A stretch of DNA of 64,000 nucleotides, from assembly GCA_964304625.1 (NCBI GenBank), contig OZ199838.1, positions 5,468,178 through 5,532,177 of the forward strand. Reading direction: 5' to 3'. This DNA comes from Kudoa neothunni (Eukaryota > Animalia > Cnidaria). Shown here one piece after another: positions 39,423-52,834 of this stretch. The notes beneath the pieces were generated by a model that saw only the letters and a program-made list of their open reading frames with translations, was not told the origin of the DNA and made no database searches. The translations under genes and the position numbers were made by a program. Numbering within the stretch: the first letter of the stretch is position 1; every line of letters begins with the position of its first letter.

Positions 39423-40764
39423 TTATTGAACGTTGGTGAGAGGTTTTAAGCCGAGAGTTTGTACATCGTGATATCTATTGTTGTAAACTTTGGTGTAAAC
39501 AAAAAACAACACCGAAAAGATTATCATCACACCAGAATTGACAAAATAGAGAATAGGTAGAAACATGTTTTTGAATCCGACGGCACTTTGGGGAGCAATA
39601 ATGATAACTTTACGTCCTCCAAAACTATCAACATTATAATCTATAATATAATGTTACGTCAATTAGAGATTGATTGAATGAATGAATGTGTATGGCATAC
39701 TATAGTTCACAGTAACGATTATGGTATTCTCTTGAAGATCGAATGTCTCATGAGGCCATTTACCAAGATATTTGAGAGCATTTGGAAATGGAAATGTGGT
39801 CATCCATACTATAAAATTGTAATTGCGTAAGCCATTATTTTCAATATGGTTGGGATCAAGTTTGGATATGGGTCGAAGCCAAAATTCAGGTTTATCATAA
39901 TTGGAAAACGGTTTCCCAGCGAATCCGTCAACTAAATCAATCTCATTGGATCAACCTAAAATTACACAACAAACCTGGATTAACAAATCGAGCATTGTGA
40001 TAATATGGTGTTCTACGGAGTTCTATTGTTTTTGAATTTACTTTGAATTCGATAGTATCTATTCAACCAATTACAACATCTAAAACTAAAACACCTACCA
40101 TTGAACAAACTTCGAGCTATGAGGCCACATGGGAATACATTTTTCTTTTTTTGATTGGCTTTAGTACATGAAGCTCGGTTGTCATCCATTTTCCCTAACA
40201 GTTGTCTGCTATCGAACGAATCAGCGTACTCCCTCACATTCTAGACATCCAATTAAATACTGCCCAACCCGCTAGATAGTAACAACCTGATAATAATTTT
40301 TTAGTCGATAATACACATGTGGCTGTGAGATAATAAATTTTGGGCTAGGTGCGCTCAATTGAAATTCACAAATGCATGGGTTATCAGCAGAATTAGGAGC
40401 ATGAGCAAGCTTATTGCATTGTATTCCACTGGATATGTCCACACAATCGGTGTAGTCGTGCTCAAGTATACCCATCTAATGACAAACCGATTTTAGTTAT
40501 AATTCCGCAACGAACACAATTAATATAAACCATAAAAAATACCTTTGGTTGTAGATAGTAAATTGTTAAACCGCATGAAAAAAACAACCCACCTAATATT
40601 AAAAAGCATATTGCTGCAAAATATGTTGTAAATTGTGGTTGGTAGAATTTGAAGAGATTGGATGGTAGCGTAGAATCTATACGACGAATACATATACATC
40701 AAATAAAAAGACAAAATCCATAAAACTTACAACTGTCGTCAGATACTGCACCATCAGAATCCAT
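39423..40764 (-). CDS. CDC50/LEM3 (TMEM30) flippase beta subunit, paralog 1, multi-exon
   Basis: TM segment, DYTDC..C, YYRLKNYYQ|NVREYADSFDSRQLLG, FPCGLIARSLFN, N-FIVWMTT, FGGRK, KNMFLPILYF; last exon uncertain. Confidence 0.88.
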
Positions 40765-41772
40765 ATAGAAGCGGTGGAGATCGAACGATCAGTACCAAAT
40801 GTACTAAATAGTATTCAAATAAATTATTGCGTACGCATTGATATTGTGACAATTAATTGTGGACTCACTTAAAGCCGATCGGTGAGAAAATGCACTATTT
40901 TAAACACCTTTTAAAAATAATAAAATTTTATGGAAAAAAAGAAACTTTTTTACAATAATTTCATTATTAATACCTAGGGGATTGATAATTGAAGCTGTTG
41001 GTTAATCCTTAATTAAGTTCTGTTAATATACTTAACTGTAAAGCAGATAACATTATGAGTGCAACCCGAATTGTATTGGAGTGTCGTGAGATATTTCTAT
41101 TCAATCTTTAATGATGTCGGCCGACTATTATGGCAAATTTAGAATAGAAGTTTGGCGCCATCCTTGAAAATACCGACTCTTACCGCAAGCTATTCATGTC
41201 TTTTATAAATAATATTACTTATTTGCCGATCCTATGTTATCAAAATTCAGAGTCTTGGGGTAAGCCTGTTTACATGTATACGTAAATGTGAATTCAACAA
41301 ATAAAATGTTGAAGGAACTTTGATTTTTTTAATTAAATAAATTATTATTGTTATCATTCAAATAGATAATTTTTCTTGTTATATGGAACAATTAACAAAT
41401 TTATGTTTCGTTTTGTGTATTGGTTGGCGGTTATTAACTGTTGAGTGTAAAATCATAGTTTAATTCCTATTGCACAATATTCATGTGCGTGTGAAAAACC
41501 CAAAGTATTATTGACATAATATTTACAGTTAGTCAATGCTGAGACAAATATTCGACTTTAATCGTATTCTAAAGTACTATGTTCCAAAATCTCAATTCGT
41601 TGAAAGATAAATATGTATGAAATGGGTTCTACACTCGGTAGAGGCTATTCGCACGGTAAAATTTAATCCTAAATGGCATGTACGCTTGCGCACTGGGAAT
41701 TTTTAATCTTAGAAACTTCTACTTACATGCTGTTTATAGATTTGATTTTTTAGAACCTCCTGTATTTAATTA

Positions 41773-43690
41773 CCAGCACTAGTGTCCAGCTTTGCCTGGT
41801 ACTGCGTGATGCAAAATTTTAACTTTTAATTTTATTTTTGAATGGAGAAATTCTACGATAAAGTTAATTTAATTGACACGCTAAACCCTATAAATTTTAT
41901 GTCTCCATTCTTATTTATGAATTTACCAACTTGACATTATTTTTTCAGTGTGGTGATTTGGATATACCAAACTATGCACGCACTTCCCATTCAAATATAA
42001 ATAGAGATATTGAGAGAAATTAATGAGTATTTTTAAGTTTATTTTACAAATTATTGACCAAAAATATAATGACCTTAATTTTACGAGCAATGCGATTAAC
42101 AATTTAAGTTCGCTTATTTACTAAACAAATTATTAAGTAACATAGATAGGATTTTCAGTTCTTTTCAAAATTTTGCGATAAAAATTTATCCTCTAGTTAT
42201 AAAACTTATTATTAGTCTACAAATGATAAGAAAAATAAAATCGACCTAAGGTGCGTCAACAATAAACATATTAATTGATACTCATTTTTTTGCGATTTTA
42301 TAAAGATGTTCATGAGGTTTTAATAATCTGTGAGTGGTAACTTACGTATTCACTATTTTAACATAATTTCCCGATTTTTAAATAAATAAAACCTTTCGTT
42401 TTAACAAAAATACTTACTGGTTCAAAAATATACGAATTTAAGTGTCAAAATACGATTAACTCTAAAATGTAAAGATGTTTTTGGTTTGAAAAATTACAGT
42501 AATGCTTAAATATCGACTGGTTTTCTCGAAGGAGTGCACCCTTTTAAAAATAAACGTATTGTTTGATTGCCCAAGAAAATTTTCTTTGTATTGAACTATT
42601 CTGAGATTAACAAAAACTTTGTGAAAATATCGGCCAGATCGAATAGACCAATAATTTCTTATTAACTTACATGACACGTATTAAGAGTGGACTGTATTTT
42701 GTGCAAACGTAGTCGTGAATATAAATTCTTAAACTAAGGATAGAATGAGGTGTCGCATATTTTCTTGCAGCTTTTATATCATAATGAATTAGTTTTAGCG
42801 AAAAGGAAATTACGTATTGATTTGAATATTAACCTTAAGGTATGGCTGAGGATACGGAATAATTAGGTTACTAAGAACTTGAACATTATAAAAAAAATTA
42901 TATCTTCAAATATAGAAACTTATCGAATTAGTTATGCCAGTTGTTTTACAAGTAAGTTTAGGAATACCAAAAAATGATTAAAAACTTATCGAAAAGACGA
43001 ATATAATTTCAATCTCAATCGATATATTTGATAAAAAGAAATGTTCACATCTCAAGAATTCCAATAGAGCATAATTTTCATTTAAAAAGTTATCACAAAA
43101 ATTTAATTATTTGAAAACACTACACACATATTACATCGTTTTTAGAATGTTTGTAGAACTACCAAATTATTCCAACGAGGCAACAACTTGTAATCTCAAA
43201 TTATGTGTTTTATTACAAATTATCATAAGTCTTTCGCTTAACTATATCCATAACGTTTGAAAAGAGAAAACACACCCAAAATAACTTTTTTATGCTTCAA
43301 ATATTAAGGGAAATGCAACAACTTTTGTAAATGTGACGTTAATAATTTTATTTGTCTTAAAATTACTCCGAACAGGCATATGTAAAATTTTTAGAACATT
43401 GTATACCATAATTAAATGACTCTTTTTCTATATAGTGAATAAAAGTTCATCTTAATTGGCTACTACTCCGAAGCAAGCCAACATCAACATTATGCAGGTA
43501 TTTTTAATCTGCTTATTGATATACGCAAACAGAAAATCTCTTACTTCCGATACCGATATATATTATGCAAGCAATTATAAATAAATTAGCGATTTTTATT
43601 AATAGTATCATCTTTTTAAATGTATACTAAAAGTCGTATTTAAAGAAAGTTTATCCATTGCGCCTACGTACTTCTGCAAACTGACACACA
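41773..43690 (-). mobile_element. Non-autonomous Helitron-like element, family A copy 2
   Basis: Colinear with 5691-7590 over ~1.9 kb, with the same terminal hairpin CCAGCTTTGCCTGG. Confidence 0.8.
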
Positions 43691-43744
43691 TCAGGGTGGT
43701 ATATTGTCCGACGTCGGACAAAATTAATCCGCAAACATTGTTAA

Positions 43745-44760
43745 CCCTCTAATGTACTTAAAATGGATTTATCTCCGTTGGATTTTGGAGTAAAAAAATA
43801 CCCCAGGTTTTTTTTATTTCGTACACAAGAAATAAATATAGTTTTTTGAAATTACACGGAAGAGAATAAATATATTGTCAGAACCAGTTGAAAATAAATC
43901 AATTAATTCTATAATAATCCTTATAATCATACGATATCTATCTACGTTAAAAATCGTTGTATCATTTTGTAGATAATGGGGGCTTTTTTACTGTGCGTCA
44001 TACCAAAAATCTTCTTTAATAAATAAGATAATATAACTAATCAGTTAACCTTCCGAGTTCCTGAAATCGATTATACACTTGTCGTTTTTTGGATCACATT
44101 GACCCAAGGTTTTGGTTGCATCTTTAAATAAATCCAAATTATGTATTCGCCCGTAAAATTAAATAAAAATTGATCGACAAATACTTGTCGTATTTTCACC
44201 AACTTTTATATTACGTATAAACAAAATTGTTAAAATTCGAGTAAATATGTTGGCGCGATCGGTGTTTTTATCGTCTTGAACTTTAATTGTAACGAATTAA
44301 TAGGATAACCCAATTTTTGATATGTAAAAACGGTTAAAATAGTTTGTACTTAAAATATTGATAAATAAAGTTCACCCGTAACGTGAGAAACAAATTAGTT
44401 CCCTATGGTGGTTAACCATTTTACGCGGTTTGACGAAGACGTGACCAATATGAATTTTGTTGGCATCAACCTTTGAATATAATTTAGTCCACAAAAATTA
44501 TTCATACCTCAAAAAATTCAAATCCTCATCATTCTCATCATATTTACAGCGGGAAATATCTGTCATATCACTACAGCTGCTATCCAGGTAATTCATTTTC
44601 GGAATGCAGGTGATGCATGCGAGTTCAATGAACTAAATTACGTGATTAGATAAGAATTAAGTAAGGCATATTTTAGAATTTTCCCATCAAAATGTTCTCA
44701 ATATGGTGAAAATTTCGGAAAAAATTGGGGTATTTTTTACCCCAAAATCCATCGGAAGAT
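43745..44760. mobile_element. piggyBac-type MITE(s), nested and decayed
   Basis: TTAA-CCCTCT start; inverted subterminal TGGATTTTGGAGTAAAAAAATACCCCA / TGGGGTATTTTTTACCCCAAAATCCA; second TTAA-CCTTCC start at ~44045. Confidence 0.55.
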
Positions 44761-44793
44761 GGAAATTGTATAATTCCGCTAATATATTATGTA

Positions 44794-45498
44794 CTAGCGC
44801 AAAAACCCCGCTTCGACTGAGCTTCCTTGCCCGGCCACGCAGATTAAAGCTTTGAGTAGGCCAAGGTCATTTTAAGTTCAAAATAAATTCAGAGTATTTA
44901 GATAAATAGTACAAAGATTACCCAATTAACGGACGATTTATTTAACAAATTGGACGTGTGAACCTTATTTAATATTTTTAACAACGAATAAACACTACTG
45001 AGCGTTTAAAATTTCCTCTTTAGAGCACCTAAAAATCGATTTTCTCCTTGTTGTTTGTGTTTGCAGTAATCTCTATATCGTACCCTATCAATATGACTAA
45101 TCTTGTTAAACATCAACAAATGAATTTCATATTAAAGCTTGACTACATAACCTACTGTTACCTTCCTTATTTGAATTAATTCAATTACTAAATTACTTTT
45201 TAATAATTTTAAAATAAACACTGTGATACATATAAAATTAACTTTTTATAACTTTAACGAAATGACCTATATGCTAGCATAAATCCTGAAATCATACCAC
45301 TCATATCACGTAAAAATGTTTTTAGTCATTTTGCAGGATGCAAACCTTTTATAATTTTTTATATATTTTTCTGTGTTATAATAAAATTTTATCTTTCTAT
45401 ATGTGTGCTCAAATGGAGCGATATGTCCCTCTATAAAGAATGAAAAATGCGTACACACTGACACACACACGGATTACCGGTTTGCTTTATATAGTAGA
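44794..45498 (-). mobile_element. Non-autonomous Helitron-like element, family C
   Basis: (TA)CTAG..CCCCGCTTCG end; (AC)n tract and CTTTATATAGTAGA(T) at the other end. Confidence 0.7.
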
Positions 45499-45511
45499 TT
45501 TATCTTGATTA

Positions 45512-46004
45512 TTAACTCTTACTCCTACTTCTCTTGAATACAGAAAATAATTCATTTGTTACGCAACACTTCCTTAAGATATAATGATTCATTAAGAAAG
45601 TTTTCTGCATGTTTATATTTAAAATCGTCCAAACCTTTATGATTAAAATAAAAAATAATTTTGATTGTAATTAAATTTGATGTGTGAATTGCATTTATTA
45701 TTTTTTTTAATTTTTGTTGACAGAAATCATTGGTATTATAATCACGTCGTCTAAATGGTTTGTTTCTACAAATTAAAGTCAAGGATCGATTAGATTAATC
45801 GCATTCAATCTTTACATGATTGCTATAAGAAAATTTTATTTTATTAATATACTTTTGAATATAAATGCAAACATAGTGATAAATATGAGAGACTAAATTG
45901 CAAGAGCTCATATTTAAATTTTGCTTTGTTCGCATGCGTCATGACGGGTCGTGGGCACCTCGAACCCAATTCCCATTTTAATGCCCACGACCCGTCGCCT
46001 ACTG
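45512..46004. repeat. Partial copy of the 7600-8897 TIR element, lacking the solo LTR
   Basis: Colinear with ~8291-8897 and ends in GCCCACGACCCGTCGCCTACTG-TA. Confidence 0.85.
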
Positions 46005-47235
46005 TATATAGTGGATTTATGGCCCTAAGAGGAAAGTGGTAGGCCAGAAATAATGAAATATAGTCAAAATTAGTGTCACCTGAATATTATTTACCCGTGT
46101 CAATAGCCATTTCCTTTAAGTTATTCGTTTTAATAATTCATGCATGTAGTTAAAAATGAAGTAGTTCAGCCTAAAAAGAACATGTAAAAAACTATGGAGA
46201 GTAAACACATTTCAAAATGTTTCGTTTCAATTGAGACTAATATTTTGGACTCTTTTCATCATTAATTGAGATGTGCAGTCGTAACAAGAACGTGTATAAT
46301 TTTTAAATTATCACGAAGCATAGTGGAACTCTGAATGCTTAAATTATGAAAGACATTGTTATTGGCGATATCTAATGCTAACCTATCATTATAGACGTTT
46401 GTTTATCAATTTCAAAAATTTTTAATTTTGGTTAATATTTAAATAAATTAAAATTTGACTATAACACATCCATTAGGTTAAATTTTCTGAATATTAATGA
46501 ACGAATGGTCGTACATAAAGGTGAAACCTCATATAAGTATACAGTAGGTAATCGATTTTGCACAATCCCCTCGGACCATGAAAAAAGTGTGCAAAATCGA
46601 TCACCGTGTGTGGTTATTTTATCCGAACACGAAAGAAGTGCTGTAACACAGTCACTTGAAATTAAAGAAATTGAGCAGACTAAAAAACGAAGTTTTATTA
46701 ATTCAATAATCCAATATCACATTTTTGGGCATTTTTATCGGAAAAATAGTTTTCATTCCATCCGAAATTATTTCACATTTCTACTTCAACTATCTTGGAT
46801 TAACGATTTCCATTAAAGAGTATTATCCTCTGTTCGGATTAAGAAAAGGATAAAAAAATAGAATATGATCATCACTAGATAATTTTATTCGAATGCGGAA
46901 ATTTCTCCGCACGTTGATAAAATGATGTCATAACTTGGAAGTATCTGAATCAATTGTATATTTAAACAATATTCTCACATATAATTAAATATTGTATAAG
47001 CTTTTACAAAGAATTATTATTTTTCCAATTTTTTTTGGCTACGCTGCTTGATTTGAATTGCCTCATTGTGCACGCGTGGAACAATGTTTACCTTCCGGGG
47101 ATTTTCATGTCTGGAATAATAAAATCCAAGTCACTTTTCCCGAATACTTTCTGAATGTAACCCGTAGCTATGACCAATGTAGAATAACTCTTTTTAAAAT
47201 GTTACATCCGTTCCAACCTCATTATCAGTCTATTA

Positions 47236-48412
47236 CTCACTACCTGGCTTCTCATCCATTTTCTTATATTGTGACGATAAATTCCAGATTTTTGTGCAAC
47301 TTTTTCTCGCAGTAAAAAATGACCAAATAAAATGTTATTTCTGCAGACAATAGAAAAAAAATAATCGAACAAGTCGTTAAAAGGGGAAAACCGAAGCAGA
47401 AGTGACGGAATTTTTTGATATTCACCCATCGACTGCAAACAGTACTGTCAAAAAATACTACATCACCCAATCGGATAAAAATACTCCTCGTGGGGGTGTT
47501 AGAAGGGTTGTTTTTAACGATCAAATAAAAAATGACCTTATTCGATTAATTCAAGACGATTGTACTAGTACAATCGTATCAATTATTAAAAATTACAGTT
47601 AAATGTCTGTCTCACTACTGTCTGAAGGTGGCTTTAAGACATGAACATAACACTTAAATTAATCCGGCCAGTTCCCTTGAGTAGGAAATCCCCGACGTAA
47701 AGAGGGAAAGGAATGTGTACGCCTAATGGTATATACAGTTAGATATCAGCACAAGGTACACAAAACTTGTATTTGTGGACGAAAGTCCTTTCAATCTCCA
47801 TATGCTGAGGGCCCACGGAAGGTCACCAAGAGGAGCAACTCCTAACGTGGCATTACCAAATAGTCGTGGCCCAAACGTTACGACGATATTGGCGATATGT
47901 GGTGCTGGCCTCATTCATTGGGAGGCTGAATTTTCATCTGTCAACACAAAGATATTCTAAGACTTCCTCCGGGAAATTGAAGATATTATGGAGGATAATT
48001 TCGTCATTGCCATGGATAACGTAAGATTCCATCACACAAACACGGAATTTTATGACAAATTTGAGGGGGAAATACATTACTTACCTAGATATTCGCTGCT
48101 CCTTAACCCATGCGAAGAAATCTTCTCACTTATTAAATTCAGGGTTAGAAAGGGCGGCCCTTTGCGCGGAACGAATGATTTGATTTCAAGAATGAAGGCT
48201 ACGACAAAGTCTGTCTCGGAGGGTGAAATCAAAAGTTTTTGGCGAAATGTCATTAAATGGAGGATATTTCTCGTGATTAATATTATGAAAAAGTTATAAA
48301 CCGATTTTAAATAGTACTTATTTAATTACGTCTATACGTGTTACTTTATTGCGCAAAAAACCAAAGTTGATCATCACAATATAGAGAAATGGATGAAAAG
48401 GCCGGTAGAGAA
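47236..48412 (+). mobile_element. Tc1/IS630-like transposon, decayed
   Basis: ~45-bp imperfect TIRs (CTACCTGGCTTCTCATCCATTTTCTTATATTGTGA / TCACAATATAGAGAAATGGATGAAAAGGCCGGTAG); HTH, FVDESPF, MDNVRFHH, LNPCEE, with stops. Confidence 0.85.
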
Positions 48413-48559
48413 ATATCGGTTCCAGTATCTATCAGAGCTTTTTCTATGTTATTTCCAAACAACAGTTCACCGTAAAGTTGTTTGTAGCTTAATTAATGCG
48501 GAAGGGACAATGAATATTGCGGATATTTTAAACGATTCTGTGCAATATGACAAATATGA

Positions 48560-50410
48560 TTACATTTGAAGCTTTTTACTTTGCCTTTCCTAAATTTAGA
48601 CAGATTTTTTCATTGGAATGTCCCCCTTTTCCATTGAAGGCGCCTTTAATCTCCTTAATTTCTTTCATGGCGTACACCTTTTGTGATGAAGTCTTGAGTG
48701 TTTGTTAGCTCTCATCTATTTCTGTTTCATTACAGTTCATTTCATCGTTTATGCCATTGATCCGTTCGGAAATTAAACCTGCTGGACGATTATTACTAGA
48801 AATGTTCCTCATAAGTAGGAACTTTTTTAACTGGTACAATCTCAGTTCTCTAATGAACTGATGACAAGCGGTTATATCATATTCGCCGCACAAATGAATA
48901 TAAAGCATTTTCTGTCAAGAGGATCCACGTTTTCGACGCATTTTTGAGGATTTTCATATATACGTTTGGTTCTGTTGGTGACCGCTATCAGAGCTTCGCA
49001 ATAATCAACTTTTTCCCAAACTTATTGAGTCTGTAGTCCTTGATGTGACTGTAGGATGATGATCCATTTAATTCTATGGTAGTTAGGACATTCTGGAGGT
49101 TATATTTCGAACTCAAAAGCAATTCATCAGTATAATTGGACTGGCCTGTCTCAGATATGCATCATCATCAACATCAGTTCAAGTCTTCTAAACCAATTTT
49201 TAGAGCACGCACTCCCATCATAGTGTGATCCTCTCTAGATCCAGCTTATTGCGCCAATATTAACGAGAGTCAAATTTCCGCATTTGAGAAGGTTGCATTT
49301 TCTTATAACATCCATCTCAATCACTAAGTGAAATGATTTTGAACTCCTCTCCAATATAAATTAATAGATTTATACTGTTTTGTGATTAGTTCCCAAAAAC
49401 ATATGTTTTCAATTTACTAAAATAATTTCCAATAAGGTTGCGAAATAGAGAGTGGAGAAGCAAATAAAGTATAGTCGATTTTAATTTCCGATTCAACTCA
49501 TATAGTCCAATGTAATGGTGTATTTCTGCTGTATCAAGAATAAAAGTGGATTGGCAATATAGTTTGTATTACAGGCACTTACAAGATCGAAAAGATATTT
49601 GTTGAAATCTTCACCGAACTGTTTGCTCAAAATGGAAGGTACAAAATTGTATATTAATCGTTTTTTATGCGTTTTCAAAATCAGTTATTAAGTTATCAGG
49701 TAATTTAATATGTAGTGTTTCTTTTCATTATGTTTATCATAAGGTTATAATCCTCTTCAGTTTTTCCAGGCATTAAAATAAATACTTATGGAAATACCCT
49801 GTTAAAAATTACACCATGGATAACATAAATTTGATAGAACCCTTTGCGTACCACCTTAAACGTTCTATCGAAGAGCCAAATATTTGAGTCGTCTAAGTGA
49901 CATATTTTCCTCCGTAGAAAATATTATCATTCTTTGTGCGCAAAGGGACTTATTGTCGTAATAACAGAATTTTTTCCCTCTTAATGTAAATATTTCATTG
50001 TTTAACAAGTTGGTCTCATTTACAACTGAGATGCCCATCCTTTTTCTCGTGCTTTGGATCAGTTTATAGACCGTTTTTTTGTTAAACATTGGGAGCTCTT
50101 CAAGTGGTTTTCTGTTGATGCAATGGCTGCAAACTATGTTTGTAGAGTAAGTCGTTTCTTCAGAAAACGCCCTCATTTCATTATTTTATAAAACTTTTTT
50201 ATGTGACTTTCATCAACAGCGTGATTATGCTCATCAAAGGTCACAATTCTACTGATATCCAGCAACGAACAAGTTTGCAACCTACCGCGACATTTTCTTT
50301 TCTGGCATCTCCAAAAATTGTGCATCATCATTTGATGATATCGTGGCGTAAAAATATTGCTTATAAAATATTTTGTAGTCGCCTCGTATAATTTTCAAAA
50401 GTATAAACTC
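48560..50410 (-). pseudogene. FLYWCH + MULE transposase remnant
   Basis: FWRCQKRKCRGRL..EHNH, TLRGKKF..RMIIFST, TFKVVRKGFYQIYVIHG..FILMPGKTEEDY; many lesions; ends not resolved. Confidence 0.75.
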
Positions 50411-51406
50411 CACCACTGTATCCTAGGTTACCAATTGCGCATGTGACGTTTCGTGGAGTTACAACCAAAAATAATACTTAAAAAATAAAAAACTGTTGAT
50501 AAAATGTAATTTAATCTAATGAAAACAAAAATACTTAAAAAAAACAAGTGAAAAAATACATATTTCGCGTAAACGCGCCGATGACGACTTACCGTCGCTT
50601 GCGAAAACTCGTCATGCCATAATGAGATAAATAAAAGTAGTACTCTAAATTGGCTAAAATCGCTGATCTTAAAATCGAATAAGAAGTAATTTCAGTGGTT
50701 CGATTATAAAAACTAAATTAACAAAATCAGAATGAGGTTCACTATTAGAAATCTTTCATGGCTGTTTTCCCTATAGTTTTTTGCGAATAGTATGTAAATT
50801 AATAAACAAAATTGAGATAGAAATATAAATTATTTTGTATATATATGTAAGATTTATTTCGAAACTGCGTAGTAAAATAGATACATCAAGACCTCGCAAT
50901 CGTGAAGCGCTCTGATACAGACTTTTTGAAATTGAAGTTTCTATAAATGATTTCAAAGTAACATGTCAAGGTTCAATAACTATAAAACTGTGGAACCTAA
51001 GATTAAGAATATTTACCACAGCTACACTATTTTTAGATTAACTTTTAGAATGTATTTTTTGTAAATAAAGATTTCATTTGTATTTCCATCATATGTCCTT
51101 TATTGTTAGATGCATATTTATTTCATAACATCAACCTTAGTTTAGTAGATAAATCCATTCTTAACTTACTTGTAATTTTAGTGATTTATATCGAAATAGG
51201 CAAATATTTAACTCAATTATCAAATTTCACCATGATAAAGTAAAATTTCTCATTACAAACTTATTGTACTACTACTAAACAATTTTTCATATAGTCACCT
51301 TCACGATAAATTTTAAATAATCTATTACCGCACAACAAAAATATTATCAACCAAAAAATTTTGATACCACAAAAGTAAACTATAAATGAGCCATAAATTA
51401 ATAATA

Positions 51407-52834
51407 TCATATAACTGAATTTTTATTAGGATTGCATTCATGGACAAAGTTCATACTAGTAGGTTCTTTCAACGCTAACAAATAAATGAACCCGATCACG
51501 CAAGTGACAATTAGAATTGAGCCAGAAACTATGAAGAACAGCCAAAAATGGATTGAAATTGATCCAAATGAGTTGACACTTGCAATAATAATTTTTTTTG
51601 GAGTATACAAAGTTATTATTTATAAATGAAGGATAATCTAACAAATAATTACTTGATATAATTCGCTAACAATAAAGTTACTATAGGTGATCCGCAAAGT
51701 GTATTGTGAAGGCTCAAGCACTCCATAATTTCCTTGAGCATCAATGGATGACGGCAAAACTTTAGAGTATATTTTTGTGACAACTTCAAAAGGTTGCACC
51801 ATCATCCAAGCCAAGAAATGTTGATCTTTTGGTCCAAGGTTTGGTGGATTACCCAAATCGAAAAAGGGATGGGGCCAGTTGGATGGTTTAATTGTATCCT
51901 GTTGGGCTAGATAAACGAAAACTTCTAACACACTCACAAAATAATTAATTACGGGTTTCAGTAAGTTTGAATTTGGATGCAAATCGATCTGTAACAATCC
52001 CATCGGTTGTCAGCTGGACCGAAGCACCAGTGGTCTTCTCTATCAATAAAAAGGTGTCTATACTCATTGCGTCTGTAGAATTTAAAGGGAAACAAAAAAT
52101 ATTTACCATTAAACATGCTGTTGGGAAGCAAACCACAAGGATAAATTTTGTTGATGTCCATGGTTTCTTTTTGGTCTCTTGTAAGGCCAAAATTGCATGC
52201 TTTGGTAATTGTTGGAGGAAGTAGGCCCCCTTTTAGCTGTTTAGGGTCAAAAGAATCTGAATACAGCGTATAACCCTAGAATAAAGTAATTTTTGAGCAT
52301 AAAGTTAACATATTTAAATCATATTTTATTTATTGGGGATTTAATTAAGAGATATTCATTATCATAAAATACCTGATAAAATTTGTCCAGGCGATACATC
52401 AAATTAGTCTGGGACGTAGCTCGATGTGTGATCTCTACATCATATTCGCATATGCATGGGCCATCTTCTGGATTATTTGATTCTACCTCTTGGTAGCAAA
52501 ATCGGTCACTTGAGCCGACACGGTTACATTCGGTGTAATCAATTTCTTTTTTGATCAACTATAAATTAACAATAGGTTTACATGGGGAAATAAAGTTATA
52601 ATTCAATACTTTCTTTTCCGCTGTCATAAGCAGCATGCCTATTACAACATACAACACGCCAAGAATTCCGCAGTAAATATAAAAATGTTTATATCGGATA
52701 GAGATCTTGAGTTTGGGTAGCCGTTTGGATTGTGTTGGTGAATCTGGATGTAAATTTATTTATATTTCATGCATTATCGTTAAAATAACAACAAAATAAC
52801 CTATGTGGAACAAAAACTCTCTCCAAGAAACCAT
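51407..52834 (-). CDS. CDC50/LEM3 (TMEM30) flippase beta subunit, paralog 2, multi-exon
   Basis: EIDYTEC..PCIC, MYRLDKFYQ, YSDSFDPKQLKG, IYPCGLLPNSMFN, PSNWPHP, DQHFLAWM, C-terminal TM helix; start codon inferred. Confidence 0.88.
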
